Shown: positions 16,011 through 32,004, counted from the first letter of the stretch. The stretch: 64,000 nucleotides of DNA from Octopus vulgaris (GCA_951406725.2 OX597816.1:180172001-180236000), one strand, 5' to 3'. Made by a program: numbers and translations. Notes: generated by a model from the letters alone, not told the origin.

Positions 16011-16462
16011 GAGAATATCCTATGTTTGTTGTATGATGATACTATTGTACCAAAATCCTTGCCTGTTGATGCTTTTGAGTGATATTGCCTCATAATGTAC
16101 TCCTCTTTGTATTATATACATTATAAGATCAACCATTTACTGAATATTTAAAATAGCTGTAAAGCTCCGTTTACATTATGTAAATATATGTAACGTCTTA
16201 CAAGTGCATTCCTAACACCCATAATTGTTTTTGGCCATCTTTCCTCTCTGATATCTTGCTTGAACTTTGTATTTCTTCACACCAACTTATCTGTTTCTGG
16301 AGTACTTTACACGAATTCAGAAGTTGAAGTTTAAGAATTCGATATGTACTAAATTATTGCCTATCTTCCACACATCTTTCCATCCACTATGTGTGTGTGT
16401 GTGTATGAAAAAGAATATGTATGTATATATTTACCTGTATATATATATATATATATATTTAC

Positions 16463-16498
<36 letters not shown>

Positions 16499-16502
<4 letters not shown>

Positions 16503-16675
16503 TAGGGTACTGGAATATCACTTGCTAGAAATTTCTCACTATTAAGAAACACTTATTTCTTGCTTTTTTATTATATTTGTTACATTCGCTGTGTATGTTT
16601 CTTAATAGTGAGAAATTTGTGGCATTGGAGTGTTAACTCCTATTTCTAGCAAGTGATATTCCAGTACCCTAATTT
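16499..16675. repeat. short fold-back element next to (TA)n
   Basis: aattagggtactggaatatcacttgctagaaat and its reverse complement; inner arm ttctcactattaagaaaca. Confidence 0.75.
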
Positions 16676-16827
16676 ATTTGTATATTTTAGCTATATAAGT
16701 TAAACTTGCTGGCCACATGATTATTGTAATAATGATAATAATACTTTATTAAATTATACATATTTAACGGTGGTGCATCAGCATGGCCGCAGCTCTGAGC
16801 TGATACTAGGAAAAAAAAAAAAAAAAA

Positions 16828-16918
<91 letters not shown>

Positions 16919-17118
16919 CATATATATATTCTTTTGTATCTGGTTTGCATAAACAAACAACTTACTGTTTAAACTTAATCAGTTGACTTATAAGAAAGGA
17001 GTGGAATTGAATCAGTGCATGTGTTAATATTGGCATAATGTCTCCTTCAACATAACAAAACATATATGTATAGATAGATAGATACATCTATATATGTTAT
17101 ACACACACAAACACACCA

Positions 17119-17156
<38 letters not shown>

Positions 17157-17975
17157 TATTTAATCCATAATTATTAGTTTAACAAAATATATTTTGTTGA
17201 ACTAATGAATAAGGATTAAATGTTTACTTATTCTCAGACTTATCTCAGACTTCTTTATTCTATGTGGCCAGACATAACTTGACTTGATTTTGGTTTCAGA
17301 ATTACAATATTAGATACCCACACTCACTTTGTGTGTGTTACTGTCTCCTTGCATTGACATTATGATATTATTGTAAATAAGTGTCCCCATCATGCAAGTT
17401 GCATCCTGTGTTTCCGGTCACACACACACACATGCATACATTGTGTGATTCTGTGTATCTGTATTGTAAATCTGAAACCAAAATTGAGGAAAGTATATAA
17501 GATGCCTTGTATATTTTATGAATGTAACAATGCATTCTGACTTTTGTTGAAACAGTGTTGTATTGCAGCAACTAGTGTTGTAAGGTAAAACATTATTAAC
17601 AATAAATTAATATGTTGATATAGGGTTGGCCCTCTTCCATTCAACAACAAGGATTCAATTGTTCAGTCCACTGAATTACCAGCTCATGTAATTAATGTAT
17701 GAGTAGCTGAGCGTTCCACTCATACACATGGCTTGAATGTAATTCTCATGTAGCAACAGCTTGACACAGGGTGTGACAATGCTGTTCCCATGAAAAATTC
17801 ATTCAACAGGCGTCTATAGATTTTCTCTCTAAAGTGTTTCTTTTACAAGGTATGGGTCAAATAAAGGTTATAGAAAATGGCATTAGCCCAAGAGGCCATG
17901 CAGTGGACTGAATTAATGATGTGGTTGTGCAGTGAACTACTTGACCATTTAGCCATCATCATTATATATGTGTAT

Positions 17976-18019
<44 letters not shown>

Positions 18020-18020
<1 letters not shown>

Positions 18021-19941
18021 TAAGAAAGTTGGTTTGTGAAAGCACGTGGTTGAATATATAGAAAATAGTAAAAAGTGAAAAAACTACAGAAGGCTTAAAG
18101 GTTAAAAAATATATTTGCGTCAATATGTCGGTAGAATATTAAAAATTTTTTTCCTTACAATGACATAATTTAGAAGAAAGACTGGTTTCGCGTTTAGCTT
18201 TTCAAATTTCTTACGACGTTATGTTTATGTTGAATAGAGTTATCGTTATGTTTATGTTTAAAAGAGTTCTAAATAAGGGGAGGTAATGAGTGATTTCTTC
18301 CGGTGTAAGGGAGATAATCGCTTAAAATTTTTTTCCTTTCCCTTGGTGTGAATTTCTCTGTATCAGTATGTTGGCATGGTTAAGTCTGGGCTTGTGCTTT
18401 TCAATGAAGAGTGTTTCCTTGTTTAGTCTAATTTGTGTTGATGATCCGATAGCACATTGGTAAAATGGAAAGATTAAAAATTGTGGTAGTAGTTGCTTTG
18501 CGCATTTCTCAATGTGCTCACTAAAAGGTATCATTCTGTATTCTGGGAATGCAATCTGTTGTCGATGCAGTGTGCATCTATGTCTGAGTGATAGTCCCGT
18601 GGATCCCACGTAGTCTTGGTGGCAGCCTGAGCATTTTATGACATAAATTGTTTTCAGAGGCACAAGTAAAGTTAGATTTGATCTTGAATTTCTGTCCCTC
18701 TTTAAAGAGGAATTCTGATCCTTCTAGCAGGTTTGGACATGTTGTACAGTTCGATCTACCACATTTTTTTACTTTTGCATCCGTAATTTCAGAAAACAAT
18801 TTTGCCTTTGTGAGAATCTTTTTAAATGATTTAGGTTGTTTGTAGCTTTTAATGATTTGGTGTATGTTTAGAATTTCCTTTAATTTGGGGTCCTTATGAA
18901 GTATTGGTAAATTCTGGGTGATGATGGTGAAGGCTTCTTTGTTTCTGGGGTTGTATGTAGATATGTAAGGTAGTATTTTCGGGGAAGGTGTGTTGTGGTG
19001 TTGAACTTTTCTTAAAGTTTCTATGTTGATTTCTGTTGCACGTCTGATCCCATCCTCTATGAGTTGAGCTGGGTAATGTCTGTCAATTAGGGTGTTTTTG
19101 AGTTCTTGCAGTCTAAAGTTCCTGGTATTTTGTTCTGACACTATTGTGCATATCCTTCTTGCAAGGTTGAAGGGGATGTTTGTTTTAGTGTGTCTTGGGT
19201 GGCATGAATTAAAAGAAGGTATTGTTTGGCGTCTGTGGCTTTGTAAAAAACGTCTGTTTCTATTTTAAGGTTAATTTTTTTAATTAGTATATCCAAGAAC
19301 GGGAGCTCCTTTTGGTTGTATTTCATTGTGAACTGTATATTTGGGTTTATGCTGTTCAATAGGTTTTTAAATTTTATGAGTTTATCTGTGTTTTCATTCC
19401 AGAGTATAAAACATTCGTCTAAGGATCGTTTCCAATTCTATTTTACGTATTGAGAAAGGGGGTTTCCAAAGATTGATAAAGATTCCTGGTAAATGATTAT
19501 TTCCATGTAGCCCATTGTTAGGTTCGCAATGACTGGTGCTGCCCTTGTACCCATAGCAATTCCGGATTTTTGACGGTAAAATGTATTGTCAAACATGAAG
19601 TAGTTATTATGTAGGATGAATTCAATTGATTTAGTAATGAATTCTTTACTGATCCTTTTTGGTATTTCTTCCGGAAATTGGTCCAGCCAGAACTGTATTG
19701 CCTCTAGTCCATAATTATGAGGTATACTGGTATATAAGTTAACTACATCAAATGAAACCAGGATTGTTTCTTCCTTGGCTTTTTTTGGAAGGTGGTTTAA
19801 CATATCTAAGTCATCTCTGATATGGCTATCGATATGTTTAAGGAAGGGTTTCAGGAGGATGTCCATAATTAGACTTAGTCTGTGTGTTTCACAGGTTGGG
19901 CCAGCTACAATGGGTCGTAGTTTTAGGTCCCCCGGGTTAGG
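18020..19941 (-). mobile_element. 5'-truncated Penelope-like element (Neptune/Nematis type; RT, Zn knuckle, GIY-YIG), frameshifted
   Basis: LRPIVAGP, SFDVVNLYTSIP, GIAMGTRAAP, LPFLDILI, KCGRSNCTTC, IYVIKCSGCHQDYVGSTG; TA arrays on both sides. Confidence 0.92.
18174..18212 (-). ncRNA. minimal hammerhead ribozyme-like motif in PLE 3' pLTR (variant core)
   Basis: aagaaa-t-TTGAAAA-gc-taaac-gc-GAAAC-CA-GTC-tttctt; 6-bp stem I. Confidence 0.55.
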
Positions 19942-19973
19942 TGTGTGTGTGTGTATATATATATAGGTGTGTG

Positions 19974-20022
<49 letters not shown>

Positions 20023-20024
<2 letters not shown>

Positions 20025-20674
20025 CATGAGAATTTACAAAACCAGGAACGGGCCTTATTGTCCGAATGGTAGATGAGCACACACCCAAACAGCTGTTTTA
20101 TGGCAAGCTGGCAGAAGGGAAATGCAATCGGTGTAAACCTAAAAAGAGGTTTAAAGACGGCATAAGGACTACCATGAAGTCACTTGGAATGGATCCAAAG
20201 GCCATAAAAATGCTTCGGATCAAGCTGGATGGTGAACAGATGCATGGAGTGGAGTAAAAGCATTTGAGGAGGCCAGGATAACATACGCAAGACTGAAAAG
20301 AGATTTAAAGAAGAATGTTGTGATTGAGAAGGTGAATCTCAATAACCTTTTTGTGTGCACAGTTTGTGACACATCAAGCCTTTCTTTTGCTGGGCTCAAA
20401 TCTCATTTGAGGACCCATGAAAAACAAACCTCCACCAGCTATTCTGCCTATATATCTCTGCACACCTTTCAATGCCATGTATGCTATATGGTCTGCAATT
20501 CTAATGGAGGCCTTAAAATACATTTTAAGATCCACAAAGATCAGAACTCAACTGCAGTTCTTGATGGTCCAAATCGGATCTGCACTCTATGGGGGTGTCT
20601 TTTCAATACATTGTCTGGTTTAAAAAGCCACATTAGATGCCATGATGAACATAAGGTATAGGTACCAACAACCA

Positions 20675-20677
<3 letters not shown>
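20023..20677 (+). mobile_element. 3' fragment of RTE/BovB-like LINE with three C-terminal C2H2 zinc fingers
   Basis: IVRMVDEHTPKQLFYGKLAEGKCNRCKPKKRFKD (RTE C-terminus), then CTVC..HLRTH, CHVC..HFKIH, CTLW..HIRCH; TA flanks. Confidence 0.8.
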
Positions 20678-20731
<54 letters not shown>

Positions 20732-20946
20732 CTTATGTCATATATATATATATTTATATATATATATATCCAGATTCTTCCATTTTACTCAGTGAAATAT
20801 TCATCCATTCCCTGGCACTAGATGGGTTGTTCCACCCTGCAGCAAGATTAAAGGGAGTCCCTAAATCATTGCACTGTTTGTGTTTGTTCATTCCTTTCCA
20901 TTTTGTCTTTTGGTCTCATTTATAAATAGAAAGAGGAGAGAATGAA

Positions 20947-20997
20947 AGCTTCCTGATGATTTCATTTGAATGAAGCAGTTCTAGTCCTGTAGAAGCT
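20947..20997 (+). ncRNA. type I hammerhead ribozyme
   Basis: agcttc-CTGATGA-t-ttc-attt-gaa-t-GAAG-cag-ttctagtc-ctg-TA-gaagct; all three stems present, one core change (A15.1 to G). Confidence 0.7.
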
Positions 20998-21035
20998 CCT
21001 TCTATAAAATAAATAAATATATATATATATATATA

Positions 21036-21442
21036 CTCTTTTTACTTGTTTCAGTCATTTGACTACGGCCATGCTGGAGCACCGCCTTTAGTCGAGCAAA
21101 TCGACCCCGGGACTTATTCTTTTTTTTTTTGTAAGACCAGTACTTATTCTATCGGTCTCTTTTTGCCAAACCGCTAAGTGACGGGGACGTAAACACACCA
21201 GCATCGGTTGTCAAGCAATGCTAGGGAGACAAACACAGACACACAAACACACACACATACATATATATATATACATATATATGACAGGCTTCTTTCAGTT
21301 TCCGTCTACCAAATCCACTCACAAGGCATTGGTCGGCCCGGGGCTATAGCAGAAGACACTTGCTCAAGATGTCACGCAGTGGGACTGAACCCAGAACCAT
21401 GTGGTTGGTTAGCAAGCTACTTACCACACAGCCACTCCTGCG

Positions 21443-21445
<3 letters not shown>
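21036..21445 (-). mobile_element. young full-length tRNA-derived SINE (main family)
   Basis: near-identical to 36265-36686; TA on both sides. Confidence 0.9.
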
Positions 21446-21482
<37 letters not shown>

Positions 21483-21617
21483 CTTATGTCATATATATAT
21501 ATATATAAAAACCTTATTTTATATATATATATAAAACCTTATTTTATATATATATAAAACCTTATTTTATATATATATATAAAACCTTATTTATATATAT
21601 ATATATAAAACCTTATG

Positions 21618-21652
<35 letters not shown>

Positions 21653-21741
21653 CTTATGTCATATATATATATATATATATATAAAATAAAACCTTATGTC
21701 ATATATATATATATTTATATATATATAAATAAAACCTTATG

Positions 21742-21794
<53 letters not shown>

Positions 21795-21802
21795 ACCTTA
21801 TG

Positions 21803-21832
<30 letters not shown>
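21446..21832. repeat. compound minisatellite: AAAACCTTATGTCA/AAAACCTTATTT spaced by (TA)n
   Basis: about 9 units; the same unit also occurs at 20727-20740. Confidence 0.85.
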
Positions 21833-21836
<4 letters not shown>

Positions 21837-22030
21837 TTAGACGTTGGAATAACCATATAAAGGATATCACCAAATATGATGATGATTATTATCAGAATAT
21901 CAATAGCCATACCATACAACGTTGAAAGCCGGAACAGCTGTTAGATGGGATGCAGTCTATTTGTATTGAATTAAAAAAATAATAATTGATGTAAGTCAAT
22001 TGTTGTTGATCAATATTTCTCCTTTTTCTG

Positions 22031-22068
<38 letters not shown>

Positions 22069-22069
22069 T

Positions 22070-22260
22070 TATGATGGGGAGCTGAAAAGTTCCTTAAAGA
22101 GTATCACAACCTTCCAAGTTCTTTTACAGGGTTTAGAAAAACTGAAGGGCAGCTGCAATAAGTGTGTGAATCTGAGAGGGGATTATGTTAAATAAATCAT
22201 AACTGATCCTTCTGTGTTTTCTTTTACCCAAAGCCAGGAACTTCTCAGCTCCCATTTCTG
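22070..22260. mobile_element. mariner-derived MITE
   Basis: ggggagctgaaaagttcc / ggaacttctcagctccc inverted termini. Confidence 0.6.
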
Positions 22261-22380
22261 TATATATAGAATACTATATATATGTTATACACAGACATAT
22301 ATATCACTCTTTCTCCCCTGCCACCTTCTCTCAACACTCCCACTTATATTCAGTCTCTTTACTTTCAACAGCAAATCAGT

Positions 22381-22430
<50 letters not shown>

Positions 22431-22987
22431 AATCACACACTCACACTTTCCCTTCCATCACCCTCTCTTCACTTACTCTCTCTTCCTTCACCCCTGCTTT
22501 CCATCACTCAGTTCACTTCTATTATCGCTTTCATTCTCTCCTCTTTCTATTTATAAATGAGACCAAAAGACAAAATGGAAAGGAATGAACAAACACAAAC
22601 AGTGCAATGATTTAGGGACTCCCTTTAATCTTGCTGCAGGGTGGAACGACCCATCTAGTGCCAGGGAATGGATGAATATTTAACTGAGTAAAATGGAAGA
22701 ATCTGGATAAAAGACAGTGTCTCTATTGTTGGTGTTATGATAAAATGCACCAAGTACTTGGCAATAAAGTGGTCAGCCATAGGAAATGTAAAACCTATGA
22801 GCAAGACATGGTACCCAACCCATCCATGAGACAGTAACTTCAAGACATAGGTTGAAATGACCTATCCACATCATATAACTCGAGAAAAGCAAATGCAAAA
22901 TTATGACCATATCACACACACACACACACATACACACACACACACATACACACACACACACATACACACACACACACAAACAATACG

Positions 22988-23305
22988 TCTTTTTACTTGT
23001 TTCAGTTATTGGAGTGAGGCCATGCTGGGGCACTGCACTGAAGGGGCTTTTAGTCAAATCAACTACAGTACTTGTTTTGTAAAGTCTGGTACTTATTCTT
23101 ATCATTACTTTTGCTGTACTACTACTAGGTTACAGGAGAGTAAACAAACCAACACCAGTTGTCAAGTGATGGGACATAGGCATTAACAAAAAAGACACAT
23201 GCACACATGTACCATGGACTCCTTTCAGCTTTCATCTACCTAATCCACTTACAAGACTTTGGTTGGCTTGGGGCTATAGTGGAAGACACATGCCCAGACA
23301 CTTGC
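22988..23305 (-). mobile_element. diverged SINE (main family)
   Basis: homology to other copies. Confidence 0.7.
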
Positions 23306-23529
23306 CTGTGTCGCGTGCGCGAGTGTGTGTGTGTGTGTGTGTGAGCATGCAACCCAAGGTAAAGAAAAACAATGGATAAAAGTGACCAAAAAATGAAACC
23401 ATATATCTACTGGTTGCGAGGTGCTGGTGGCATTGGTTATTCTCATTGAACTCCAAATAATCTTTAACTCAAAATAACATTTTACATACATACACACAAT
23501 TTACTGCATACATACATATGTATATAGCA

Positions 23530-23856
23530 TACTGCCTAAGTGCCAATCTTGAGAAATTTGGCTTATCAAAACCAAAAAAGGAAAAGCTGACTTGAAGACT
23601 ACAGATTCAAGCCACAACTGGAACTGTAAAAATTTGTAAAACTTTCCAAAAGTTTATCATTTTAGTATATATGTGCATGAGAATACATACATAAAACAAA
23701 ACATACAAATCTACACATGAACTGATTCCAATTACTGCACATATACATACATGCATGCAAAAATGTTAAATTCTAATGTAGGAGTCTTGAATCTATGTTA
23801 GAAACCAGTTCTTTCTCTGCTGGCAAGAAATCTTAAAATAAAACTAAATATTGAGA
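23530..23856 (+). mobile_element. 3' end of RLE-type (R4/NeSL-like) LINE
   Basis: reads ..LQIQATTGTVKICKTFQKFII; homologous to 26180-26627; CATA repeats on both sides. Confidence 0.6.
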
Positions 23857-23912
23857 TACATACATACACACACACACACACACGCATACATACCTACATA
23901 CATACATTCATT

Positions 23913-24735
23913 CCATGGAGAAATAATGTTCTTAAGAATATTCTTAAGAAAATGATAGGACAAGTTAGCTTATTACATCTGGTAAAGTACAGAAAAAGAA
24001 AGATTTTTACTTAAAATATTGCAACTGAGGATAAAATTTCAGATAAAATATTTAGATTTAAAAAATATTAGCTTTTATTAAAACTAAAAATGTTATTACT
24101 TCTATTTGTTATAACTTGTTACTTCTATCAAAAATTAAAAAAATAACTCAGTTAAAATATTTTTTGCACTTTACAAAAATTCATTTCTTTTAGTTATTAA
24201 TTAATAATTAGAAATTTGAATATAGGTTATAAGAAATAATAGTAGTATATATATTTAGTTAGTACAATAAATAAAATAATACAAAAATTAGTTATATATT
24301 ACAATAAAATCTACATATAACAAATAATTCACAGAAAAATTTGCTTGAGTTCTTGCCTAAAATATTGCCAAGTCTTCACATTTTTAGTCTTGACCCAATG
24401 CCTATTTTTTACATAATGAATTTGCCTACCATATATACTATTCTACTTTGCAATAAAACTTAAGCTATATTGGTACTTCTGGCTCTCATTTTTAAGTATT
24501 CTAGTGTGTCAATATTTTAGCAAAATGATAGTACCTATTTTAATTATAATGTTACTTTTTATTATTCAAATTTTATCCTTAGCTGCAAATATTTTAAGTA
24601 AAAATTTTCTTGTTCTGTACTTTACCAGATGTAATAACTTGTCCTGAACTTTTCCAAGCGTAATAACTTGTCCTGTACTTTTTTCCAGGTTTATAATCTT
24701 AAGAATATTATTTCTCTTGCTCGCATTTTTCCATG
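23913..24735. mobile_element. AT-rich MITE/fold-back with ~130-bp imperfect TIRs
   Basis: ttattacatctggtaaagtacaga...aaaatattgcaactgaggataaaattt mirrored at ~24568-24650. Confidence 0.7.
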
Positions 24736-24889
24736 CAATCCATGTTTTTTCCAGGCTGTGCTAATTAATGTGTCAAATGTGTCAATTAGTGGTGTCGTTG
24801 ATAATTCTTTCCTTACCTCAATGATGCCGGTGACATATATTAAAAGTCCCTTATAGAACTATAGTCATAAAAATGTATAGAACTGTATT

Positions 24890-25590
24890 ATCATCATCAT
24901 CATCATCGTTGTTTAATGTCCACTTTCCATGCTGGCATGGTTGGACGGTTTGACTGCGGACTGGTGAGCCAGAGGCTACACAGGCTCAATCGGATCTGGC
25001 AAAGTTCTACAGCTGGATGCCCTTCCCAATGCCAACCACTTCAAGAGTGTAGGGGGTGCTTTTACATGACACCAGCATGGGTGCCAGTCCGGCGGCACTG
25101 GCAATGACCAGGCTCAAATGTTGTTTTTCATGTGCCACTGGCACATGTGTTGGTAACGCGATGTTGACAACGACCATGCTTGAATGGTGCTTTTCACGTG
25201 TCACCGGCATGGGAGCCAATCCGTGGCCCTGGCAATGATCACACTCAGATGTGCTTTTAACATTCCACTGGCACGAGTGCCAATCAGGCGGTACCGTCAT
25301 CAGCCATGTCAGCAATTTTGATTTCACTTGCCTCAACAGGTCTTCACAAGCAAAGTTTATTGTCCAATGAATGAGGGGTATTCATAAGTGGGTTGGTTAC
25401 ACCCCTGGCATAGGCCACAAGGTTATGGTCTCACTTGGCTTGTTGGGTCTTCTCAAGCACAGCATATCTCCAAAGGTCCCATTCACTAGTCATTGCCTCG
25501 GTAAGGCCCAATGTTCGAAGGTCATGCTTCACCACCTCATCCCAGATTTTCCTGGGTCTACCTCATCTACAGGTTCCCTCAACTGCTAGG
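24890..25590 (-). mobile_element. SINE-like repeat with internal ~60-bp units and (GAT)n tail
   Basis: same family as 58547-59060. Confidence 0.75.
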
Positions 25591-26179
25591 GTATCACCCA
25601 CAAATTTGAGAAACAAACGCTCATAACGTCTTTCTTTTAAAACTTCATTGCAAGAGATTGATACCATGAAATTCCCTGAATTGAGCTCTATCATTTAAGC
25701 TTAATAAAAATATAGTTTGTTTTTAAAATAAAAAAGTTAATTATACTTAAATCCAATTTTTTGCCTAACTTATAGGTTTTTTCATGATATTTTACCTCAC
25801 AACTTTTTGATACAAATTTTTGTTGCATGGGATCAGAACTATGACATTCTTCAAGCTTTCTTCTATCATTGAAGCTAAAATAAATATATTTTGCTTTTAA
25901 AATAAAAAAAGTTATTTAGATCTAAACTTGATTGGTGGTGTTACTTACTCTCCTATAACATTGCTACTAATTTTGATGTAGACTTTTTTTTACTGGATCA
26001 AATCTCAATTTTTTAATGCCAAAATATAGCTAGTAACTAGTCCGTTTCAAACATGTTAACAGTTTTCAATTTGGTTAAGAACTGAATTAGCAACAAGTTA
26101 TAAAATGTGCTGCATCTGAGTAAATTGTGGCCTTAAGAATATTATTCAACTACTACTGTAGTTGAATGATACATGCATA

Positions 26180-26627
26180 CATACAAGTTCAGGTTTTTAC
26201 CTATAACCATTGCTAGCACTGGGATATGTAACACACACTGCCTATTTGTCAATCTTGAGACATTAGGCTTCTTGAAACCTGAAAGGAGAAAGCTGATCTG
26301 AAAACAACAGATCCAAGCCATCACAGGAACTGTAAAAATTTGTGAAACTTTCCAAAAATACATTATTGAAGTATATATATATATACATGTGTAGACATGC
26401 AACTATATGCAGCATGTGAATACATACAGAAAACAACCAGCAAATTCACACATGCACTGACTCCAAATACGTCACACACCACACACACACACACATACAT
26501 ACATACATACATTAAAAAATACTCTGTTGTCGATGTTGAAATTCCAATGTAGGAGACTGAGATCTAAGTTAGAAATTGGCTCCTTTTCTATTAGCAAGAA
26601 CTCTTGAAATAAAACAGAACAGTGACA
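26180..26627 (+). mobile_element. 3' end of RLE-type (R4/NeSL-like) LINE
   Basis: YKFRFLPITIASTG (decayed PIxIGALG) ... LETLGFLKPERRKLI*KQQIQAITGTVKICETFQK; CATA flanks. Confidence 0.65.
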
Positions 26628-27175
26628 TACATATATATATACATACATGCATGCATGCATACATATACACATACATACATAAATGTATGTGTGTGTGTAT
26701 GTATGTATGTATGTATGTAAGCATGCATGCAAACATGCATAAAAGTTTATAGATGCTAAGATTCTCCAGAGAAGAACAGAGCCGAATGATCCACATTCTC
26801 CAATTATAGTAGTTTAGAAGATTACCATGAACATTTGAAGAACGTTCCAAGAACTTTCCATAAGTTTACTAAGCTCAAACAGATGTGCACAGTAAGGTAT
26901 ATGTGCAACATGCACTCAAGCTGTAACGAAGCACCCACACTTGTGTACCGAAGTGACATGCATACCCACTACACAGACAAAAGTTTATCCACTTGCACAC
27001 ACAGATGCATACACACACAAACCATCCAGCTCAGATAACTGCAAATCTCGAGTGTTCTTCACTTAAGCAAAAGAACCATAACACATTTTTGGTGGCTGAC
27101 GTGTATTCTGTAAAAGAAACTGAAATAATCTCAGAGAATAACATACATACATTTATACACATACAGATATGTATA

Positions 27176-27218
<43 letters not shown>

Positions 27219-27471
27219 TTCGAAACGTGGAGTAGATGAAACAAACGCGACTGAAGAAGGGGAATTTTCCTTGTATTGTATGTCCCGTACTCTATTTTTT
27301 CGTTTTTTAAGAAAAATGTCCGTTTCCTTGGTTTTGTATTTATGTTTTCGTTTCTCATTGTGTTCGACGTTTTTTTGGTGTCCTGTACCCATATATGCAT
27401 GTATATATACATGTAGAGGTAGGTACGTACATATATGTATGTATATATGCATATGTTTTATTTATTTATTA

Positions 27472-30280
<2,809 letters not shown>

Positions 30281-30344
30281 CATACCTACATGCATGCTTA
30301 CTTGCTTCTATGCATTCATACATAATACCCATCCGTCTATCCAT

Positions 30345-30712
30345 AGACATGGTTCCGCGTTCAGTCCCACTATTTGGCACCTTGTACAAGTGTCATCTAC
30401 TATAGCCTTGGGCCGACTAAAGCCTAATGAGTGGATTTGGTACAGAAACTGAAAGAAACCTGTTGTGTATGTGTGTGTGTATTTGTATCTGTGTTTGTCC
30501 CCCCACCACCGCTTGACAACCGGTGCCGGTGAGTTTATGTCCCTGCGACTTAGTAGTTCGGCAAAAGAGACCGATAGAATAAGTACTTGGGTTAAAAAAA
30601 TAAGTACTGGGGTCGAATAATTATTTGACTGAAAACAAATTGTTCTAGGCGGTGCCCCAGCATGGCCGCAGTATAATGACTTAAACAAGTGAAAGATAAA
30701 AAGATAAAAGAT
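30345..30712 (+). mobile_element. SINE (main family)
   Basis: homology to 36265-36686. Confidence 0.8.
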
Positions 30713-31025
30713 ACATACTCGTACAAGCTCGTATAATAAGTAAATACTCGTTGCAAAGGAGTAGGTATTTACAAAATTGTCCACAAACAGCTTTTTTGAT
30801 TATGAGGGTTGTAGCTTAAAATTCTTACACACATACTGTGCTATACTGATAATTCTTTGAGAGTACACGAGCCTGTGTAAAGCTCAGCCAAGCGAACAAG
30901 CGAACCTTTTTCTAAAAGTACAGATCTACAACTGTGTGGGTGTGTGGATGTGTGTGCATACGCGCGCGTATGTATGTGTGTGTCAGTATATGGTGTGGTT
31001 GTGTTAACTGCACGTGGAGAAATGA

Positions 31026-31148
31026 TAGGAAAGGAAAAAAAAATAATAATAATAAGGCAGAATGCTAAACAGAAAGCAAATTCCCCATTTATATTAAAAT
31101 TTGCTTTCGGTTTAGCATTCTACCTCGTTATTATTATTTTTCCTTTCC

Positions 31149-31150
<2 letters not shown>
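31026..31150. repeat. short fold-back element
   Basis: aggaaaggaaaaa..agaatgctaaacagaaagcaaatt mirrored by aatttgctttcggtttagcattct..tttttcctttcct. Confidence 0.75.
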
Positions 31151-31183
<33 letters not shown>

Positions 31184-31189
31184 TATATC

Positions 31190-31405
31190 GTCCGTAAAAA
31201 ACATACATCCGAAAGAAGCACACTCTAAGATGTAGAGTAGTGTATATTAAAAATGGGTAAGGCCGGTTTATGGGATTACCTTAGGTTTCCCGTCCATAAA
31301 GGGTTTGGGCCAACAGGTCTTGGGGATCTGCCGATACGCCATAAAACTAAACCCTTTATGGACGGGAAACTTAAGGTAACCCCATAAACCGGCACTCCCC
31401 ATTAT
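31190..31405 (+). mobile_element. fold-back pLTR-like element with HHR (31323-31383)
   Basis: inverted arms ~31262-31305 / 31349-31393; gggat-CTGCCGA-..ccataaa..tttatgg..-GAAAC-ttaag-GTA-acccc (the inverted arm reads atccc, perfecting stem I). Confidence 0.65.
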
Positions 31406-31958
31406 ATATGTATATATTTATATGTGTGTGTGTTGATATATATATGTGTGTGTTTATGTTGATGCGTGTTTGACAGCTAGTGTTAGTTTGTTTACGTCCT
31501 CTTAGTTTAGCACTTCGCCAGATGAGAGGATTGAGTAAAAACCAGCAAAAATAAAATAAAATAAAAGTATTGGGGTTAATTCATTCAACAAAAGGCCCTC
31601 AACGCCTAGTATAGCTGCAACAATTCAATAAAATAAAGAAAAAAAAAGATATATATTTATATTTTTCGATCATCAGACTGCGGCCAAACTGGCCCCGCCT
31701 TGAGGAATTACAGTTGAATGAATCGATCCCACTACTTATTAGTATTATTCATTTATTTATTTTCCCGTTTTTTGGAAAGTCTGAGATGTATTCTATCCGT
31801 CCCTCTTCACGACTGCTAAGTTACTGAGACGTAAACACACACACGCGCGCGCGCGCTCAGGTGATCACATAAGTGCAAAACAAGGTGGAAAAAATAGTGC
31901 TCAAATACCAAAGGAAGAGTAATATACTTACTGCTTTAATAATAATAATAATAATAAT

Positions 31959-31994
<36 letters not shown>

Positions 31995-32004
<10 letters not shown>

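Noticed and set aside
20320-20661. Host C2H2 zinc-finger gene
   Set aside because: Contiguous with an RTE C-terminus, TA-flanked, with no splice context
21446-21832. Repeat-spacer pattern resembling a CRISPR array
   Set aside because: Spacers are just (TA)n, the context is eukaryotic and no cas genes are present
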